Positions 1 to 11,021 of a stretch of DNA of 64,000 bases are shown piece by piece (the first letter of the stretch is position 1; each line of letters opens with the position of its first letter). Under the pieces are notes generated by a model that worked only from the letters and a program-made list of their open reading frames with translations, did no database searches and was not told where the DNA came from. The position numbers and the translations under genes are program-made. The DNA is from an uncultured Clostridium sp. (lineage in GTDB: Bacteria > Bacillota > Clostridia > TANB77 > CAG-508). The stretch spans positions 172,412-236,411 of the forward strand of contig CAYJKU010000001.1 in NCBI GenBank assembly GCA_964371215.1. Direction: 5' to 3'.

Positions 1-2
1 AT

Positions 3-254
3 TTAAGATTAAGTAGTAAAGTAAAAAAAGAAGCTTTTTTTGAAATAATATTTATGACATATAGTTATGTTCATAGAGTAATAAATGAAGAAGCTTTTCC
101 TAATAGTATAAAATTATATGATAAAGAAATTATGACAGGTAGAGGTATGGGAAAATACACATATAAACCAGAAGTAAGAAAAGAAGCAGAAATATTTTTA
201 AGAGAAGAAATGAATAAATATTTCAGTAAAGAAAAAATTGTATATATAGTATAA
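3..254 (+). CDS. 3' end of a CDS truncated by the window edge; product not identifiable from the C-terminal residues
   Basis: Frame 3 is open from base 3 to the stop at 252-254, so the ATG at 54 is probably internal. A hairpin terminator follows. Confidence 0.5.
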   Translation, partial: LRLSSKVKKEAFFEIIFMTYSYVHRVINEEAFPNSIKLYDKEIMTGRGMGKYTYKPEVRKEAEIFLREEMNKYFSKEKIVYIV

Positions 255-258
255 ATAT

Positions 259-292
259 AAAAACGAATGTATTTAGGTTACATTCGTTTTTC
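259..292. terminator. Bidirectional intrinsic terminator between convergent genes
   Basis: Arms aaacgaatgt (261-270) and acattcgttt (280-289), with A-run and T-run flanks on either side. Confidence 0.7.
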
Positions 293-294
293 TC

Positions 295-828
295 TTAATC
301 TTTCCATATATTATTATTTATAAATTGTGTTAAAGCCATTATAAAAGCTGATTGTGTTAAATCAATTCTAGTAATAGTATTATGTGTTAGAAAACTAATT
401 CCACCATTAGTACTTCTTAAATCATTTTGTTTAAATATGTTATCCATAACAGTTCCTAAATCTTTATCAATAATATTTTTTACGTATTTTTCAGGAACTG
501 GAAAAGAAGGACTTGTACCAATACTTTGGTAATTATTGTTATTTTCAATTACTGCAACATTAGTTATTACCCAATTTGAAAAATAATTATTAATACCAGA
601 TTCTATTGATATATAGTAATCAGCAGAAATATTATTAGAATTAGCATATGTGATTAAATTAGCAACTCTATTTTTAGCACCTAATAAAATATCTTCATTT
701 ACTGGTTGATCTGGTACATCAGAATTTACTGGAACACCTATAATTTCTACATTATCAAAAAAATGTTCAAAAGCTTTTTTTGCACCTTCAATTTTACCAG
801 GATTTTTAGTTGCTATTAACACTTTCAT
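295..828 (-). CDS. yjjX: Inosine/xanthosine triphosphatase, YjjX (DUF84) family
   Basis: N-terminal MKVLIATKNPGKIEGAKKAF, DQP, GAKNRVANL and ISIESGI motifs are colinear with E. coli YjjX over the full length. Confidence 0.85.
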   Translation of the reverse strand: MKVLIATKNPGKIEGAKKAFEHFFDNVEIIGVPVNSDVPDQPVNEDILLGAKNRVANLITYANSNNISADYYISIESGINNYFSNWVITNVAVIENNNNYQSIGTSPSFPVPEKYVKNIIDKDLGTVMDNIFKQNDLRSTNGGISFLTHNTITRIDLTQSAFIMALTQFINNNIWKD

Positions 829-830
829 TT

Positions 831-1709
831 TTAGTCTCCTTTTATATCTTTTTTTATATCTAAAATAAATTCTTTATCATTTAAATATTCTAAAATACCA
901 GAATCAGTTTTGAAGTTGAATTTTAAAATATAACTATATAACATTTGATATCTTTTTTTGAATTGTTTATTTACATCATTTATACCATATTTACCATCAC
1001 CTATAATAGGGTAGCCAAGGTGTGCAAGATGTGCTCTTATCTGATGAGTTTTACCTGTTTCTATTTCAACATCTAGTAAACATGTATTATTTGAATATTT
1101 TTCTAAAATAGAATAATTAGTAACTATTTTAGAACAACCTTTTTTAAAGTCGTCATAAATATATACTCTAGAATTTTTAATATCTTTAAAATGATATGCC
1201 TCACATCTTGAATTAGTTTTTTTAGGAATATTATATACTAAAGCCATATAGTGTTTTTCAATCTCATGGTATTTAAATTTATTAAAAAGAATATTTAGTG
1301 ATTCTTCATTTTTGGCAAAAAGTATTAATCCACAAGTATTTCTGTCAATTCTGTGACAAGGCATAGGCAAGAAAGTAGACTCAATATATTTTTTATGGAC
1401 AATATTAGTTAAACTATTATCTCCAGTTACTTCTAAATTTATTGGTTTATTTATAATTAAAATATTTTCATCTTCATAAAATATTTTTAAATCAATATTA
1501 TTTTCTAGTTTTGCGTCAGGTATATATACCTCAATTTGATCATTAAAAAAAACAGTTACATTTTCATTAACTCGTTTACCGTTAATTTTTATATCCTTTT
1601 TTCTAAGCAACTTAAAAAACATATTGTTATTTAAATTAGCAATATTACCAAATAAAAAGTTATTTAATTTTTTTCCATTATATTTTTCATTTACAATTAA
1701 TTTTTTCAT
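831..1709 (-). CDS. RluA-family pseudouridine synthase with N-terminal S4-like domain
   Basis: Catalytic HRIDRNTCGLILFAK motif and GKTHQIRAHLAHLGYPIIGDGKYG motif. Confidence 0.9.
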   Translation of the reverse strand: MKKLIVNEKYNGKKLNNFLFGNIANLNNNMFFKLLRKKDIKINGKRVNENVTVFFNDQIEVYIPDAKLENNIDLKIFYEDENILIINKPINLEVTGDNSLTNIVHKKYIESTFLPMPCHRIDRNTCGLILFAKNEESLNILFNKFKYHEIEKHYMALVYNIPKKTNSRCEAYHFKDIKNSRVYIYDDFKKGCSKIVTNYSILEKYSNNTCLLDVEIETGKTHQIRAHLAHLGYPIIGDGKYGINDVNKQFKKRYQMLYSYILKFNFKTDSGILEYLNDKEFILDIKKDIKGD

Positions 1710-1835
1710 ATAAATATTATATAGGGATTAAAAGAAAAAAGCAAGATATTACATTTATTTGGAAAAGAAAACTTAATAATGTACTAGTTATATAAAAGAA
1801 AAAATGATATAATAATATTATGTGAGGGAATAAAT

Positions 1836-2987
1836 ATGAAGATAATATATAAGATTGTAATGAGTAGCATAATCCTTCTAATTATGTTAGTAATTGGAGG
1901 ATTAGCATATATAATATATAATAATTTGATGAATAATCAGATTAATTCAAATGTTGTTGCTGAAGAAGAATTTAGAACAGAAATAGATAATTCAAAAGAA
2001 GCAGAAGAAGAAAATTCACAAAAAGAAACTATTCCTAGTAATTCGGATTCAATAATTGCAGAATTAGAAAATCAGGTGAATAATCAAACAGTTGACGAAC
2101 CAGAACCAGAAGTAATCGTAGAAATAGATAAATATTTTTATAATCAGTTAAATGAATATTCAAAAAGAATATATGAAGAATTTTATGAAAATGAAGTAGA
2201 AATGAGAACAGGTACATATAAAGTACAATTTGGAGGATTTTTTACTAGTACATTGCAAAAACAGAATGGTTCAGAATTACTAGGAGATTATTATCAATCT
2301 GCAATTGAAGCATATCTATATGATAATCCAAATGTATTTTATTTGAATGTTAAAAACATGTACTTAAATATAGAGACAATTACGAAAGGTGGTAAAAAAA
2401 CATATAATGTGTATATAGATAATGGAGAAGCTGTCAATTATTTAGCAGATGGATTTAACTCGAAAACAGATGTAGATAATGCATTAGCTAAAATAGAAAG
2501 TGAAGCAAACTATATATTAAGTAAAAAGACCAATAATACTTATGAAAATATTAAAATGGTACATGATTATTTAATAGATAATATAGAATATGATAGAACA
2601 ATTTCAAATCTATATATTTATGATATATATGGAGCATTAGTAAATAAAGATGCTGTATGTGAAGGGTATGCAAAAAGTTTCAAATATTTAATGGATAAAT
2701 TAGGAATACCATGTGTTATGGTAATAGGAGAAGCAACAAATTCAACAGGTAATACTGAAAATCATGCATGGAATTATGTTGAGATAAATAATAACTGGTA
2801 TGCAATTGATACAACATGGGATGACCCTATATCTGAAACAGGGTATGTAGGATATGAAGCAAGATACAGATATTTTTTAGTAGGAGAAAATGAGATAAGA
2901 AAAGATCATGTTGAAAACAATCAATTTACAGTAGGTGGGAAAATATTTAATTATCCTAATTTAAGTAAAGAAAATTATGTTAAATAG
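1836..2987 (+). CDS. Membrane-anchored transglutaminase-like (Cys-His-Asp core) protein
   Basis: N-terminal TM helix. Core is DAVCEGYAKSFKYLMDKLGIP ... NHAWNYVEINNNWYAIDTTWDD. Confidence 0.8.
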   Translation: MKIIYKIVMSSIILLIMLVIGGLAYIIYNNLMNNQINSNVVAEEEFRTEIDNSKEAEEENSQKETIPSNSDSIIAELENQVNNQTVDEPEPEVIVEIDKYFYNQLNEYSKRIYEEFYENEVEMRTGTYKVQFGGFFTSTLQKQNGSELLGDYYQSAIEAYLYDNPNVFYLNVKNMYLNIETITKGGKKTYNVYIDNGEAVNYLADGFNSKTDVDNALAKIESEANYILSKKTNNTYENIKMVHDYLIDNIEYDRTISNLYIYDIYGALVNKDAVCEGYAKSFKYLMDKLGIPCVMVIGEATNSTGNTENHAWNYVEINNNWYAIDTTWDDPISETGYVGYEARYRYFLVGENEIRKDHVENNQFTVGGKIFNYPNLSKENYVK

Positions 2988-3003
2988 AAATATTTGTGAA
3001 AAT

Positions 3004-3032
3004 TTGGAAAAACTTAAAATGTATGGTATAAT
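3004..3032 (+). promoter_or_regulatory. Sigma-A type promoter (TTGGAA-17-TATAAT with TGn extended -10)
   Basis: TTGGAA at 3004-3009, 17-nt spacer ending in tgg, TATAAT at 3027-3032. Confidence 0.55.
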
Positions 3033-3085
3033 AGTATTTATAAAGTTTTTGGTCCGACTTTATCTATAGTTTGAATGGAGGTTTC

Positions 3086-3451
3086 ATGAATATAGTAGAA
3101 CATATTTGCAAAAACCCAAAGCCAAATAAATGGCGAATGAAACTACGGATGTATGAGTTCAAAATGTATTCTATATTTTTCGGAATGTATATTGCATTTA
3201 TGGCATTATTTATGCCGTTATCTATAACATACATAACACCGGAAGTGGTAGCTGTATGTATCAGTATTATCACTAGTGGTGTATCAGCACATTATTTCAC
3301 AAAATTCGTTGTATTCAAAGAGAATAAAAAGTATATAATGATATCAATTTTATTAGGAATATTACTAGTAATAAGCTGGACAGCAAAAGAGCCAGAAACA
3401 TATCAACAAGCAGTTGATGTTAATAGTGAATCTAGAATCTATTCTATATAA
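3086..3451 (+). CDS. Small hydrophobic membrane protein, unknown function
   Basis: A GGAGG lies 6 nt upstream of the ATG at 3086 (the track start at 3071 is TTG). About three hydrophobic segments. Confidence 0.55.
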   Translation: MNIVEHICKNPKPNKWRMKLRMYEFKMYSIFFGMYIAFMALFMPLSITYITPEVVAVCISIITSGVSAHYFTKFVVFKENKKYIMISILLGILLVISWTAKEPETYQQAVDVNSESRIYSI

Positions 3452-3490
3452 GCAGAATATAGAAGATATAAAGAAGAATAAAGGACCAAG

Positions 3491-3516
3491 AAGAGAAGTG
3501 TAATACTTCTCTTTTC
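3491..3516 (+). terminator. Intrinsic terminator
   Basis: Arms aagagaagt / acttctctt, followed by tt. Confidence 0.55.
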
Positions 3517-3621
3517 ATATATATAATATAATTCACACAAAAAACACATAAAAAAAATGTTTTAATAACAATAAATCAATAATATATACATATAATAAAT
3601 ATATCTAATTATGAAAGAAGG

Positions 3622-4290
3622 ATGTATATGAAAAAAAATCAAATAAGTTCAAATGAAATAGTTAAGGTAGAAAATATAATAGATTATAATAAAAAATTAG
3701 AAGTAAGAGATAAAACATTTGAAAAATTAATGTTTGTATATAGTTTGGCAATAAGACAATTAGAACATAATATTAAAGTCATAAAAGATGAATATGATAT
3801 TTTATATGATTATAGATTAATAGATAACATACAATCTAGGATAAAAAGTCCAGAAAGTATTGTTAAAAAAATGGAAAATAAAAAATTAGAATTGACATAT
3901 AAAAATATGATGAATAATATAAATGATATAGCGGGAATAAGGATAATATGTCCACTTAAAAAAGATATATATACAATACAAAATATATTAGAAAAAATGG
4001 ATGATGTAAATATTATTAAAGAAAAAGATTATGTTAAAAATCCAAAGGAAAGTGGATATTCTAGTTATCATATTGTAGCAGAAGTTCCTATTAAATTATC
4101 TCAGAAAAATACATATATAAAAACAGAAATACAAATAAGAACAATAACAATGGATTTCTGGGCAGGGTTAGAACATAAGATGATGTATAAGCCAAATGGA
4201 GAAATAAATATTAAAAACCAAAAAGAGTGGAAAAAATGTGCAAAACTTATTTCGAAAATAGATGAAAAGATGATGTTAATTAATAATTAA
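3622..4290 (+). CDS. Small alarmone synthetase (RelQ/RelP-type GTP pyrophosphokinase, RelA_SpoT domain only)
   Basis: DIAGIRIICP, SGYSSYH and EIQIRTITMDFWAGLEHKMMYK motifs. About 220 aa, single domain. Confidence 0.85.
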   Translation: MYMKKNQISSNEIVKVENIIDYNKKLEVRDKTFEKLMFVYSLAIRQLEHNIKVIKDEYDILYDYRLIDNIQSRIKSPESIVKKMENKKLELTYKNMMNNINDIAGIRIICPLKKDIYTIQNILEKMDDVNIIKEKDYVKNPKESGYSSYHIVAEVPIKLSQKNTYIKTEIQIRTITMDFWAGLEHKMMYKPNGEINIKNQKEWKKCAKLISKIDEKMMLINN

Positions 4291-4302
4291 GAATGTGTGA
4301 AA

Positions 4303-4333
4303 TTGTCAGAAAAGGGATTTTTGGCAATTTTTT
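4303..4333 (+). terminator. Intrinsic terminator after the alarmone synthetase gene
   Basis: A 10-bp stem (ttgtcagaaa / tttttggcaa, with G-U pairs) followed by a T6 run. Confidence 0.6.
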
Positions 4334-4409
4334 AGCATAATTAGAAGGATTTATGTAAAACGCGTAGAATATTATAATTACATGAATAAAAAAGAAAGGA
4401 TGGGAATTT

Positions 4410-6194
4410 GTGAGATATAGTCAACAAACAATCGATGAGGTAAGACAAGCTAGTGACATAGTAGATGTAATATCTGGATATGTTCAGCTAAAAAGAAAAG
4501 GCAGAAATTATTTTGGATTGTGTCCATTTCATAATGAAAAATCGCCATCGTTTGCAGTTTCGCCAGATAAACAAATTTTTCATTGTTTTGGGTGTAATGA
4601 AGGTGGAAATGTATTTACATTTTTATCTAAAATAGAAAATTTAGGATTTGTAGAAACCATACAAATGCTTGCAGAAAAAGCTAATATGAATATAGTACCA
4701 ATTGATAATAATCAAGATATGTCAAAAGAGATATTAAAAGCGAAGGTATATAAAGTAAATGAATTTGCTGCACAATATTATCATGAAAACTTATATAAGC
4801 CACAATCTAAAGTGGCACAAGAATATATAAAACAAAGAAAATTAACAAATAATACATTAAAAGCATTTCAATTAGGTTTTTCAGGTAAATTTGATGAATT
4901 ATATAAAGAGTTAATTAAAAATGGTTTTGAGGAACAAGAAATTTTAGAGTCAGGTTTAGTAAATAAAAATGATAATGGAACATATATAGATAGATATAGA
5001 AATAGATTAATGTTTCCAATATGTGATGCAAGAGGAAAAGTAATTGGATTTGGGGGAAGAGTATTAGATGATTCTAAACCCAAATATATAAATTCACCAG
5101 AAAACTTAGTATATAATAAAAGTAGAAATTTATATGGATTAAATGTAGCTAAAAAAAGTGATACTAAAAAAATCATAATAGTTGAAGGATATATGGATGT
5201 TATATCACTTTATCAAAGAGGTATAACAAATGTAGTTGCACCACTTGGAACAGCACTTACAACTAATCAAGGATGGTTACTTAGAAATAATTCAGAACAA
5301 GTAGTTATAAGTTTTGATTCAGATGAAGCTGGTAAAAAAGCTAAATTAAGAGCAGTAGAAATCCTTCAAGAAATGGGAATAGATATTAGAATCCTTAATA
5401 TTGAAGGAGCAAAAGATCCAGATGAATATATTATTAAATATGGTAATGCTAGATTTAATAATATAGTTGAAAAAGCAATGTCTGTTGTTGAATTTAAAGT
5501 AAGTATTTTAAAATCTGAATTAGATTTAGAAAATACAAGTGATAAAATTAAATTTTTAAATCAGATAGCAAAATTAATTTCTAAAGTTTCAAATACAATG
5601 GAAAAAGAAATATATATTGAAAAAATAGCACATGATTATAATATTTCAAAAGAAGCAATTTATTCAGAAGTAAATAAATTAATTTATTCTGAAAATAAGC
5701 TTGAAAAAAATCAAGAACCTGTCAAAAATATTCCACAGGTATCTAATCAAAATAATATTAAAATAAAAGTATCAGATGCTACTATTAAGCGAGAAAACAC
5801 AATAATATATATGTTATTAACAGAAAATACAAACATCTTTGAATTAATTAAGCAAAATATTAAAGAAGAAGATTTTAAATATGAATTAAATAATAATATT
5901 GTAAAAGTATTGTATGAAGAATTTGAAAAAGGTAATAGTAATATAAATGGAATAATAGATACTTTGGAAAAAGATGAACAAAACCATATTTCATCAATAT
6001 TAATTGAAGACCATGAAATTAAAGATATAGAAAAAGCAATAGACAATATATTAACTAATTTTACTAAAGGGAAATTAACAGAAAGAAAACTAGAGATTCT
6101 AAATTTATTAGATATAGTATCAAATGATGAAGAAAAATCAAATTTAGAAAAAGAATTAAATCAAATAATAATAGAAATGGCTAAAATAAAATAG
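4410..6194 (+). CDS. dnaG: DNA primase
   Basis: GTG start. Zinc ribbon [17 protein letters not shown], a TOPRIM region ([15 protein letters not shown]), and position directly upstream of rpoD. Confidence 0.95.
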   Translation: MRYSQQTIDEVRQASDIVDVISGYVQLKRKGRNYFGLCPFHNEKSPSFAVSPDKQIFHCFGCNEGGNVFTFLSKIENLGFVETIQMLAEKANMNIVPIDNNQDMSKEILKAKVYKVNEFAAQYYHENLYKPQSKVAQEYIKQRKLTNNTLKAFQLGFSGKFDELYKELIKNGFEEQEILESGLVNKNDNGTYIDRYRNRLMFPICDARGKVIGFGGRVLDDSKPKYINSPENLVYNKSRNLYGLNVAKKSDTKKIIIVEGYMDVISLYQRGITNVVAPLGTALTTNQGWLLRNNSEQVVISFDSDEAGKKAKLRAVEILQEMGIDIRILNIEGAKDPDEYIIKYGNARFNNIVEKAMSVVEFKVSILKSELDLENTSDKIKFLNQIAKLISKVSNTMEKEIYIEKIAHDYNISKEAIYSEVNKLIYSENKLEKNQEPVKNIPQVSNQNNIKIKVSDATIKRENTIIYMLLTENTNIFELIKQNIKEEDFKYELNNNIVKVLYEEFEKGNSNINGIIDTLEKDEQNHISSILIEDHEIKDIEKAIDNILTNFTKGKLTERKLEILNLLDIVSNDEEKSNLEKELNQIIIEMAKIK

Positions 6195-6201
6195 GAAGGA
6201 A

Positions 6202-7347
6202 ATGTTTACGATGAGTAAAGAAAATGAAATAAATAACGAAAAATTAAATAATCAAACAGATGGAGAAAACTTAAAAGACGAAAAAGTAAAGAGTATATTA
6301 AAAAAAGCTAAAGAAAAAGGAACAATAACATATGGAGATTTAGCGACAGAATTAGATGAAGTTAATCCAGAGCAAATAGACAAGGTATTTGATGCATTTG
6401 AAGAATTAGGTGTAGATCTATTAAATGAAGAACTAGAAGAAGAACCAGATATAGAAGATTTAAAAGAAGTAGAAGACTTAAGAATAGAAGCATTAACAGA
6501 TGCTAATTTCGATAATATAAATGTTGATGATCCTGTAAGGATGTATTTAAGAGAAATTGGAAGAATACCACTTTTAACTTTCGAACAAGAGGCAGAACTT
6601 GCAGAAAAAATACTTGCAGGTGATGAAGAGGCAAAACAAATTTTATCTGAATCAAATTTAAGATTAGTTGTAAGTATAGCTAAAAAATATGTAGGTAGAG
6701 GAATGCTATTTTTAGATTTAATTCAAGAAGGAAATATGGGATTAATAAAAGCAGTTGAAAAATTCGATTATTTAAAAGGATTTAAATTCAGTACGTATGC
6801 AACTTGGTGGATTAGACAAGCAATAACTAGAGCTATTGCAGATCAAGCAAGAACAATAAGAATACCAGTTCACATGGTTGAAACAATAAATAAATTAATT
6901 CGTACATCAAGACATCTATTACAACAATTAGGAAGAGAACCAAGTCCAGAAGAAATATCTAAAGAAATGGAAATACCAGTACAAAAAGTATTAGAAATAC
7001 AAAAAATAGCACAAGATCCAGTATCATTAGAAACACCAATAGGTGAAGAAGAAGATAGTCATTTAGGAGACTTTATTCAAGATGAAGATTCTCCAGCACC
7101 ACATGATTCAGCTGCATATACATTATTAAAAGAACAATTAGAAGAAGTAATAAATACTTTAACACCAAGAGAAGCTAAAGTTTTAAAATTAAGATTTGGA
7201 TTAGAAGATGGGAAAGCTAGAACATTAGAAGAAGTTGGGCGTGAGTTTGAAGTAACAAGAGAAAGAATAAGACAAATTGAAGCTAAAGCTTTAAGAAAAT
7301 TAAGACATCCTAGTAGAAGTAAAAAATTGAGAGATTATATGGCATAA
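6202..7347 (+). CDS. rpoD: Primary RNA polymerase sigma factor
   Basis: Regions 2-4 are conserved ([67 protein letters not shown]). Confidence 0.97.
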   Translation: MFTMSKENEINNEKLNNQTDGENLKDEKVKSILKKAKEKGTITYGDLATELDEVNPEQIDKVFDAFEELGVDLLNEELEEEPDIEDLKEVEDLRIEALTDANFDNINVDDPVRMYLREIGRIPLLTFEQEAELAEKILAGDEEAKQILSESNLRLVVSIAKKYVGRGMLFLDLIQEGNMGLIKAVEKFDYLKGFKFSTYATWWIRQAITRAIADQARTIRIPVHMVETINKLIRTSRHLLQQLGREPSPEEISKEMEIPVQKVLEIQKIAQDPVSLETPIGEEEDSHLGDFIQDEDSPAPHDSAAYTLLKEQLEEVINTLTPREAKVLKLRFGLEDGKARTLEEVGREFEVTRERIRQIEAKALRKLRHPSRSKKLRDYMA

Positions 7348-7359
7348 AATGGAGGAAAA

Positions 7360-8427
7360 ATGAACGAAGTTTTAGAAACAATAAATAGAGAACTTGTATT
7401 TAATATTGTAATTGCAATTGCAATTGTTATACTTTTTCAAACATTAAGTAGTAGCATAGCATATTTTATTGTAAGATTATTTAAGTTCAATAGAAGAAAA
7501 ACTAAAGCAGTAAAAGAAATTAGAGAATCAGCATTCTATAATCCACTTAAAGTATTTTTTATGATTTTAGGTGTATATGTTGGTTTCATATATTTAAGAA
7601 CACCACTTAATATATCTGAAAATATAATGGGAATTGTTACATCTATATTTAAAGTTGTAAGTATTTTAGCATTTACAAGAGCCTTAGCAGCTAGTTTTGT
7701 TGATGATTCAAGTTTGGTGAAAAAAATTAGAAAGAAATACAAAAAAGAAGATGATGACAATATGTTTTCTGTTGTATTAAAAGTTGTTAGAGCAATAATA
7801 TATACAATAGGAGTATTAGTTGTAATAATTGTATTAGGTATAGATATTACAGGTTTAGTTGCAGGTCTTGGTATAGGGGGTATTGTAATAACTCTTGCTG
7901 CACAAGATACAGCTAAAAATCTTTTGGGTGGTGCCATGATATTTATGGATAAACCATTTGCAGTTGGGGAATGGATTCAAATAGATAAATATGAAGGAAC
8001 AGTTGAAGATATAACTTTTAGAAGTACGAGAATAAGAACATTTGAAAATGCATTAGTAAATATACCAAATGGTAATGTTACAAGTACATCACTAACTAAT
8101 TGGAGTAAAATGGAAAAAAGAAGATATAAAACAAATATAACAGTTGAATTAGCAACTCCATTAGAAAAATTAGAAAGATTTAAGTTAAGAGTTGAGAACA
8201 TGTTAAAAGAACGTGAATCAATATTAGAAGATTCTATTATAGTTAAATTTGATATTATTAGAAGTAATAGTTTAAATATTTTAATATATAGTTTTGCAGA
8301 TTGTGTAGATTATATAGGGTTTTTAACAGAAAAAGAAAACATAAATTATAAAATAATGGCAATAGTTCATGAAGAAGGTATAAAACTTGCATGTGATGAA
8401 CAAACAATAAATATTAAAAAAACTTAA
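7360..8427 (+). CDS. Mechanosensitive ion channel (MscS family)
   Basis: TM helices followed by LAAQDTAKNLLGGAMIFMDKPFAVGEWIQI..GTVEDITFRSTRIRT. Confidence 0.88.
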   Translation: MNEVLETINRELVFNIVIAIAIVILFQTLSSSIAYFIVRLFKFNRRKTKAVKEIRESAFYNPLKVFFMILGVYVGFIYLRTPLNISENIMGIVTSIFKVVSILAFTRALAASFVDDSSLVKKIRKKYKKEDDDNMFSVVLKVVRAIIYTIGVLVVIIVLGIDITGLVAGLGIGGIVITLAAQDTAKNLLGGAMIFMDKPFAVGEWIQIDKYEGTVEDITFRSTRIRTFENALVNIPNGNVTSTSLTNWSKMEKRRYKTNITVELATPLEKLERFKLRVENMLKERESILEDSIIVKFDIIRSNSLNILIYSFADCVDYIGFLTEKENINYKIMAIVHEEGIKLACDEQTINIKKT

Positions 8428-8428
8428 A

Positions 8429-8456
8429 AGTTAAACATATATGTTTGACTTTTTTT
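8429..8456 (+). terminator. Intrinsic terminator
   Basis: Hairpin agttaaacata/tatgtttgact followed by T6. Confidence 0.7.
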
Positions 8457-8519
8457 CACAAAATAGACATAATATATTGGTAAAATAGGTGTATTAATTT
8501 AAATATAGGAGTGATAAAA

Positions 8520-9197
8520 ATGAGTAATAAATCTATACTTGTAGTAGATGATGAAATAAGAATGAGAAAATTAATAAAAGATTTTCTTACATCAAAAGGA
8601 TATAGTATTATAGAAGCAGAAGATGGAGAAAAAGCATTAGAGGTATATGAGGAAAATAAAAATAAGATTGAATTGATTTTATTAGATGTCATGATGCCAA
8701 AACAAGATGGGTGGTCAGTTCTTAGAAAAATAAGACAAGAATCAAATATTCCAATAATAATGTTAACAGCAAGAGGTGAAGAACAAGATGAGCTTTTTGG
8801 ATTTGAATTAGGTGTAGATGAATATATATCAAAACCATTTAGTCCTAAAATTTTAGTTGCAAGAGTTGAAGCGATACTAAAAAGAGTAAGTGCAAATGAA
8901 AATGAAGTTTTAGATATTGCTGGAATTGAAATAGATAGAGAAGGTAGAATTGTTAAAATTGAAGGAAAAACAATTGAAATGAGCCTAAGAGAATTTGAAT
9001 TATTAATATATTTAATAGAAAATCAGAATATAGCACTTTCAAGAGATAAAATATTAAACAGTGTGTGGAATTATGATTATTATGGAGATTCAAGAACAAT
9101 AGATAGTCATGTCAAAAAAATCAGACATAAATTAGGTAAAAAAGGAAAATATATCAAGACAATGAGAGGTATTGGATATAAGTTTGAAATAAAATAG
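8520..9197 (+). CDS. OmpR-family response regulator
   Basis: Receiver domain (LVVDDE, DVMMP, MLTA) plus winged-helix C-terminus (RTIDSHVKKIRHKL, MRGIGYKF). AGGAG lies 8 nt before the ATG at 8520. Confidence 0.92.
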   Translation: MSNKSILVVDDEIRMRKLIKDFLTSKGYSIIEAEDGEKALEVYEENKNKIELILLDVMMPKQDGWSVLRKIRQESNIPIIMLTARGEEQDELFGFELGVDEYISKPFSPKILVARVEAILKRVSANENEVLDIAGIEIDREGRIVKIEGKTIEMSLREFELLIYLIENQNIALSRDKILNSVWNYDYYGDSRTIDSHVKKIRHKLGKKGKYIKTMRGIGYKFEIK

Positions 9198-9206
9198 GAG
9201 AAATTA

Positions 9207-10712
9207 ATGGAGAAATTTAAAAAATTAATAAGATCAGTTAGAGTTAAATTGTTTTTGTTAATATCTATAATAATATTAGCAATAATACTATTTTTAATAG
9301 TAGTTAATAACTTAATATTTGCTACATTTTATATGTATGCAAAAACAAATTCTTTAAAAGTAGCATATGAAGATATTCAAACTTGTAGTAGTAACTTAGA
9401 AGATCCAAGTGTAGAAACACATTTAGAAGAAATAGCAACAAAAAATGATTTTGATATAGTAATTAGAAGTGACAAAAACACAAGTTTGTATACATCAAAT
9501 AAAGATTTTTTTGTTACATTTAATGAGATTAATAGTATAACAAATGGGAATTATGTAGGTGAAGGATCTAGAGTATTAGAGAAAACAGATAAATATGAGA
9601 TTTTAGATGTACAAGATACTAGAAATGGAATGGATTATATACTATTATCTTCTGAACTTGAAAATGGAATGTCTGTACATATTAGAACACCTGTAAGTTC
9701 AATATATGAGAGTGTAAATATATCTAATAACTTCCTATACTTAATGGCTGGATTTGCCATATTATTATCTGCAGTAATTGTTACATTTGTATCTAGAAAA
9801 TTCACTGATCCAATATTAGAATTAAATAAAATAGCTAAAAAAATGAGCAATTTAGATTTTACACATAAATATCAAGAAGGAAAAATCGATGATGAAATTA
9901 ATACATTAGGTAAAAGTATTAATACAATGTCACAAAAATTAGAAGGAACAATAAAACAACTAAGAGCTACAAATATTGAACTTGAAAAAGATATTGAAGA
10001 AAAATCTAAAATAGATGAAATGAGAAAAAGCTTCATATCTGATGTATCACATGAATTAAAAACACCAATAGCACTTATACAAGGATATAGTGAAGGATTA
10101 CTAGAAAATGTTAATAGTGATGAAGAAAGTAGAAAATTTTATGCTGAAGTAATTTTAGATGAAACAAATAAAATGGATAGACTTGTAAAACAATTATTAG
10201 AACTTATGAAATTAGAATATGGAAAAAGAGAATTTAATGATAAAGAATTTAATATTGTTGAATTACAAAAAGAAATAATAAGAAAATCTAAAGTTATGTT
10301 AGAAGAAATGCAAATTGTAGTTAAATGGGATACATCTGAAGAAATAACTGTATTTGCAGATGAATTCTATATTGAACAAGTAATAACAAATTATTTAACA
10401 AATGCTATAAAATTTGCTAAAAATATAGATAAAAAAGAAAAAATAATTAGAATAACAAATACTGTTGATGTGAAAAATAATAAAGTAAGAATTAAAGTAT
10501 TTAATACAGGTGAGAGTATAGAAGAAGATAAAATTATTAAATTATGGAACAGATTTTATAAAACAGATGAATCAAGAAATAGAGAAAATGGTGGAACAGG
10601 AATTGGTCTTGCTTTTGTTAAGGCAATAATGAATAATTATAACAATGAATATGGTGTTATAAATATAGATGATGGTGTAGAATTCTATTTTGATTTAGAT
10701 ATGAAGATTTAA
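9207..10712 (+). CDS. Sensor histidine kinase (two TM helices, HAMP, HisKA, HATPase_c)
   Basis: H-box FISDVSHELKTP, N-box YLTNAIKF, G-box GGTGIGLAFVKAI. Confidence 0.92.
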   Translation: MEKFKKLIRSVRVKLFLLISIIILAIILFLIVVNNLIFATFYMYAKTNSLKVAYEDIQTCSSNLEDPSVETHLEEIATKNDFDIVIRSDKNTSLYTSNKDFFVTFNEINSITNGNYVGEGSRVLEKTDKYEILDVQDTRNGMDYILLSSELENGMSVHIRTPVSSIYESVNISNNFLYLMAGFAILLSAVIVTFVSRKFTDPILELNKIAKKMSNLDFTHKYQEGKIDDEINTLGKSINTMSQKLEGTIKQLRATNIELEKDIEEKSKIDEMRKSFISDVSHELKTPIALIQGYSEGLLENVNSDEESRKFYAEVILDETNKMDRLVKQLLELMKLEYGKREFNDKEFNIVELQKEIIRKSKVMLEEMQIVVKWDTSEEITVFADEFYIEQVITNYLTNAIKFAKNIDKKEKIIRITNTVDVKNNKVRIKVFNTGESIEEDKIIKLWNRFYKTDESRNRENGGTGIGLAFVKAIMNNYNNEYGVINIDDGVEFYFDLDMKI

Positions 10713-10768
10713 AAACAAATATATTCTTTTGTATCTACTTCTTCGAGTGAAGATTTTAACTAAAACTA

Positions 10769-10797
10769 TTGACAATAAAAAAAGATAAATATACAAT
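10769..10797 (+). promoter_or_regulatory. Sigma-A promoter TTGACA-17-TACAAT (copy 1)
   Basis: TTGACA at 10769-10774, exact 17-nt spacer, TACAAT at 10792-10797. Confidence 0.6.
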
Positions 10798-10839
10798 AAT
10801 GTAGAAAATAGTTAAAACAAATGAAAAGAGGCAGATACT

Positions 10840-10947
10840 ATGAAAAAATATCACAGCCTAAGAGTAATTGACAAAAAAAGAGATAAAAAAGAAGCAAGAT
10901 ATAGAACAAGTTTAATTAAAGTCATAGATAACAGTGGCTTTGATTAG
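10840..10947 (+). CDS. Candidate 35-codon leader ORF (MKKYHSLRVIDKKRDKKEARYRTSLIKVIDNSGFD), copy 1
   Basis: GAGG lies 8 nt upstream of the ATG. The stop codon lies inside the 3' arm of the downstream hairpin. Too short for the ORF track. Confidence 0.3.
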   Translation: MKKYHSLRVIDKKRDKKEARYRTSLIKVIDNSGFD

Positions 10948-10958
10948 ACTTGTTTTGT
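10905..10958 (+). terminator. Terminator/attenuator-like 17-bp hairpin in the 5' leader (copy 1)
   Basis: Arms aacaagtttaattaaag (10905-10921) and ctttgattagacttgtt (10938-10954) pair at all 17 positions, 2 of them G-U. Followed by ttgtt. Confidence 0.45.
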
Positions 10959-11021
10959 TATAAATAAAATTTAGAATTAAAATATGAAATTTATAAAAAA
11001 ATAAAAGGAGATAATAGTTGC

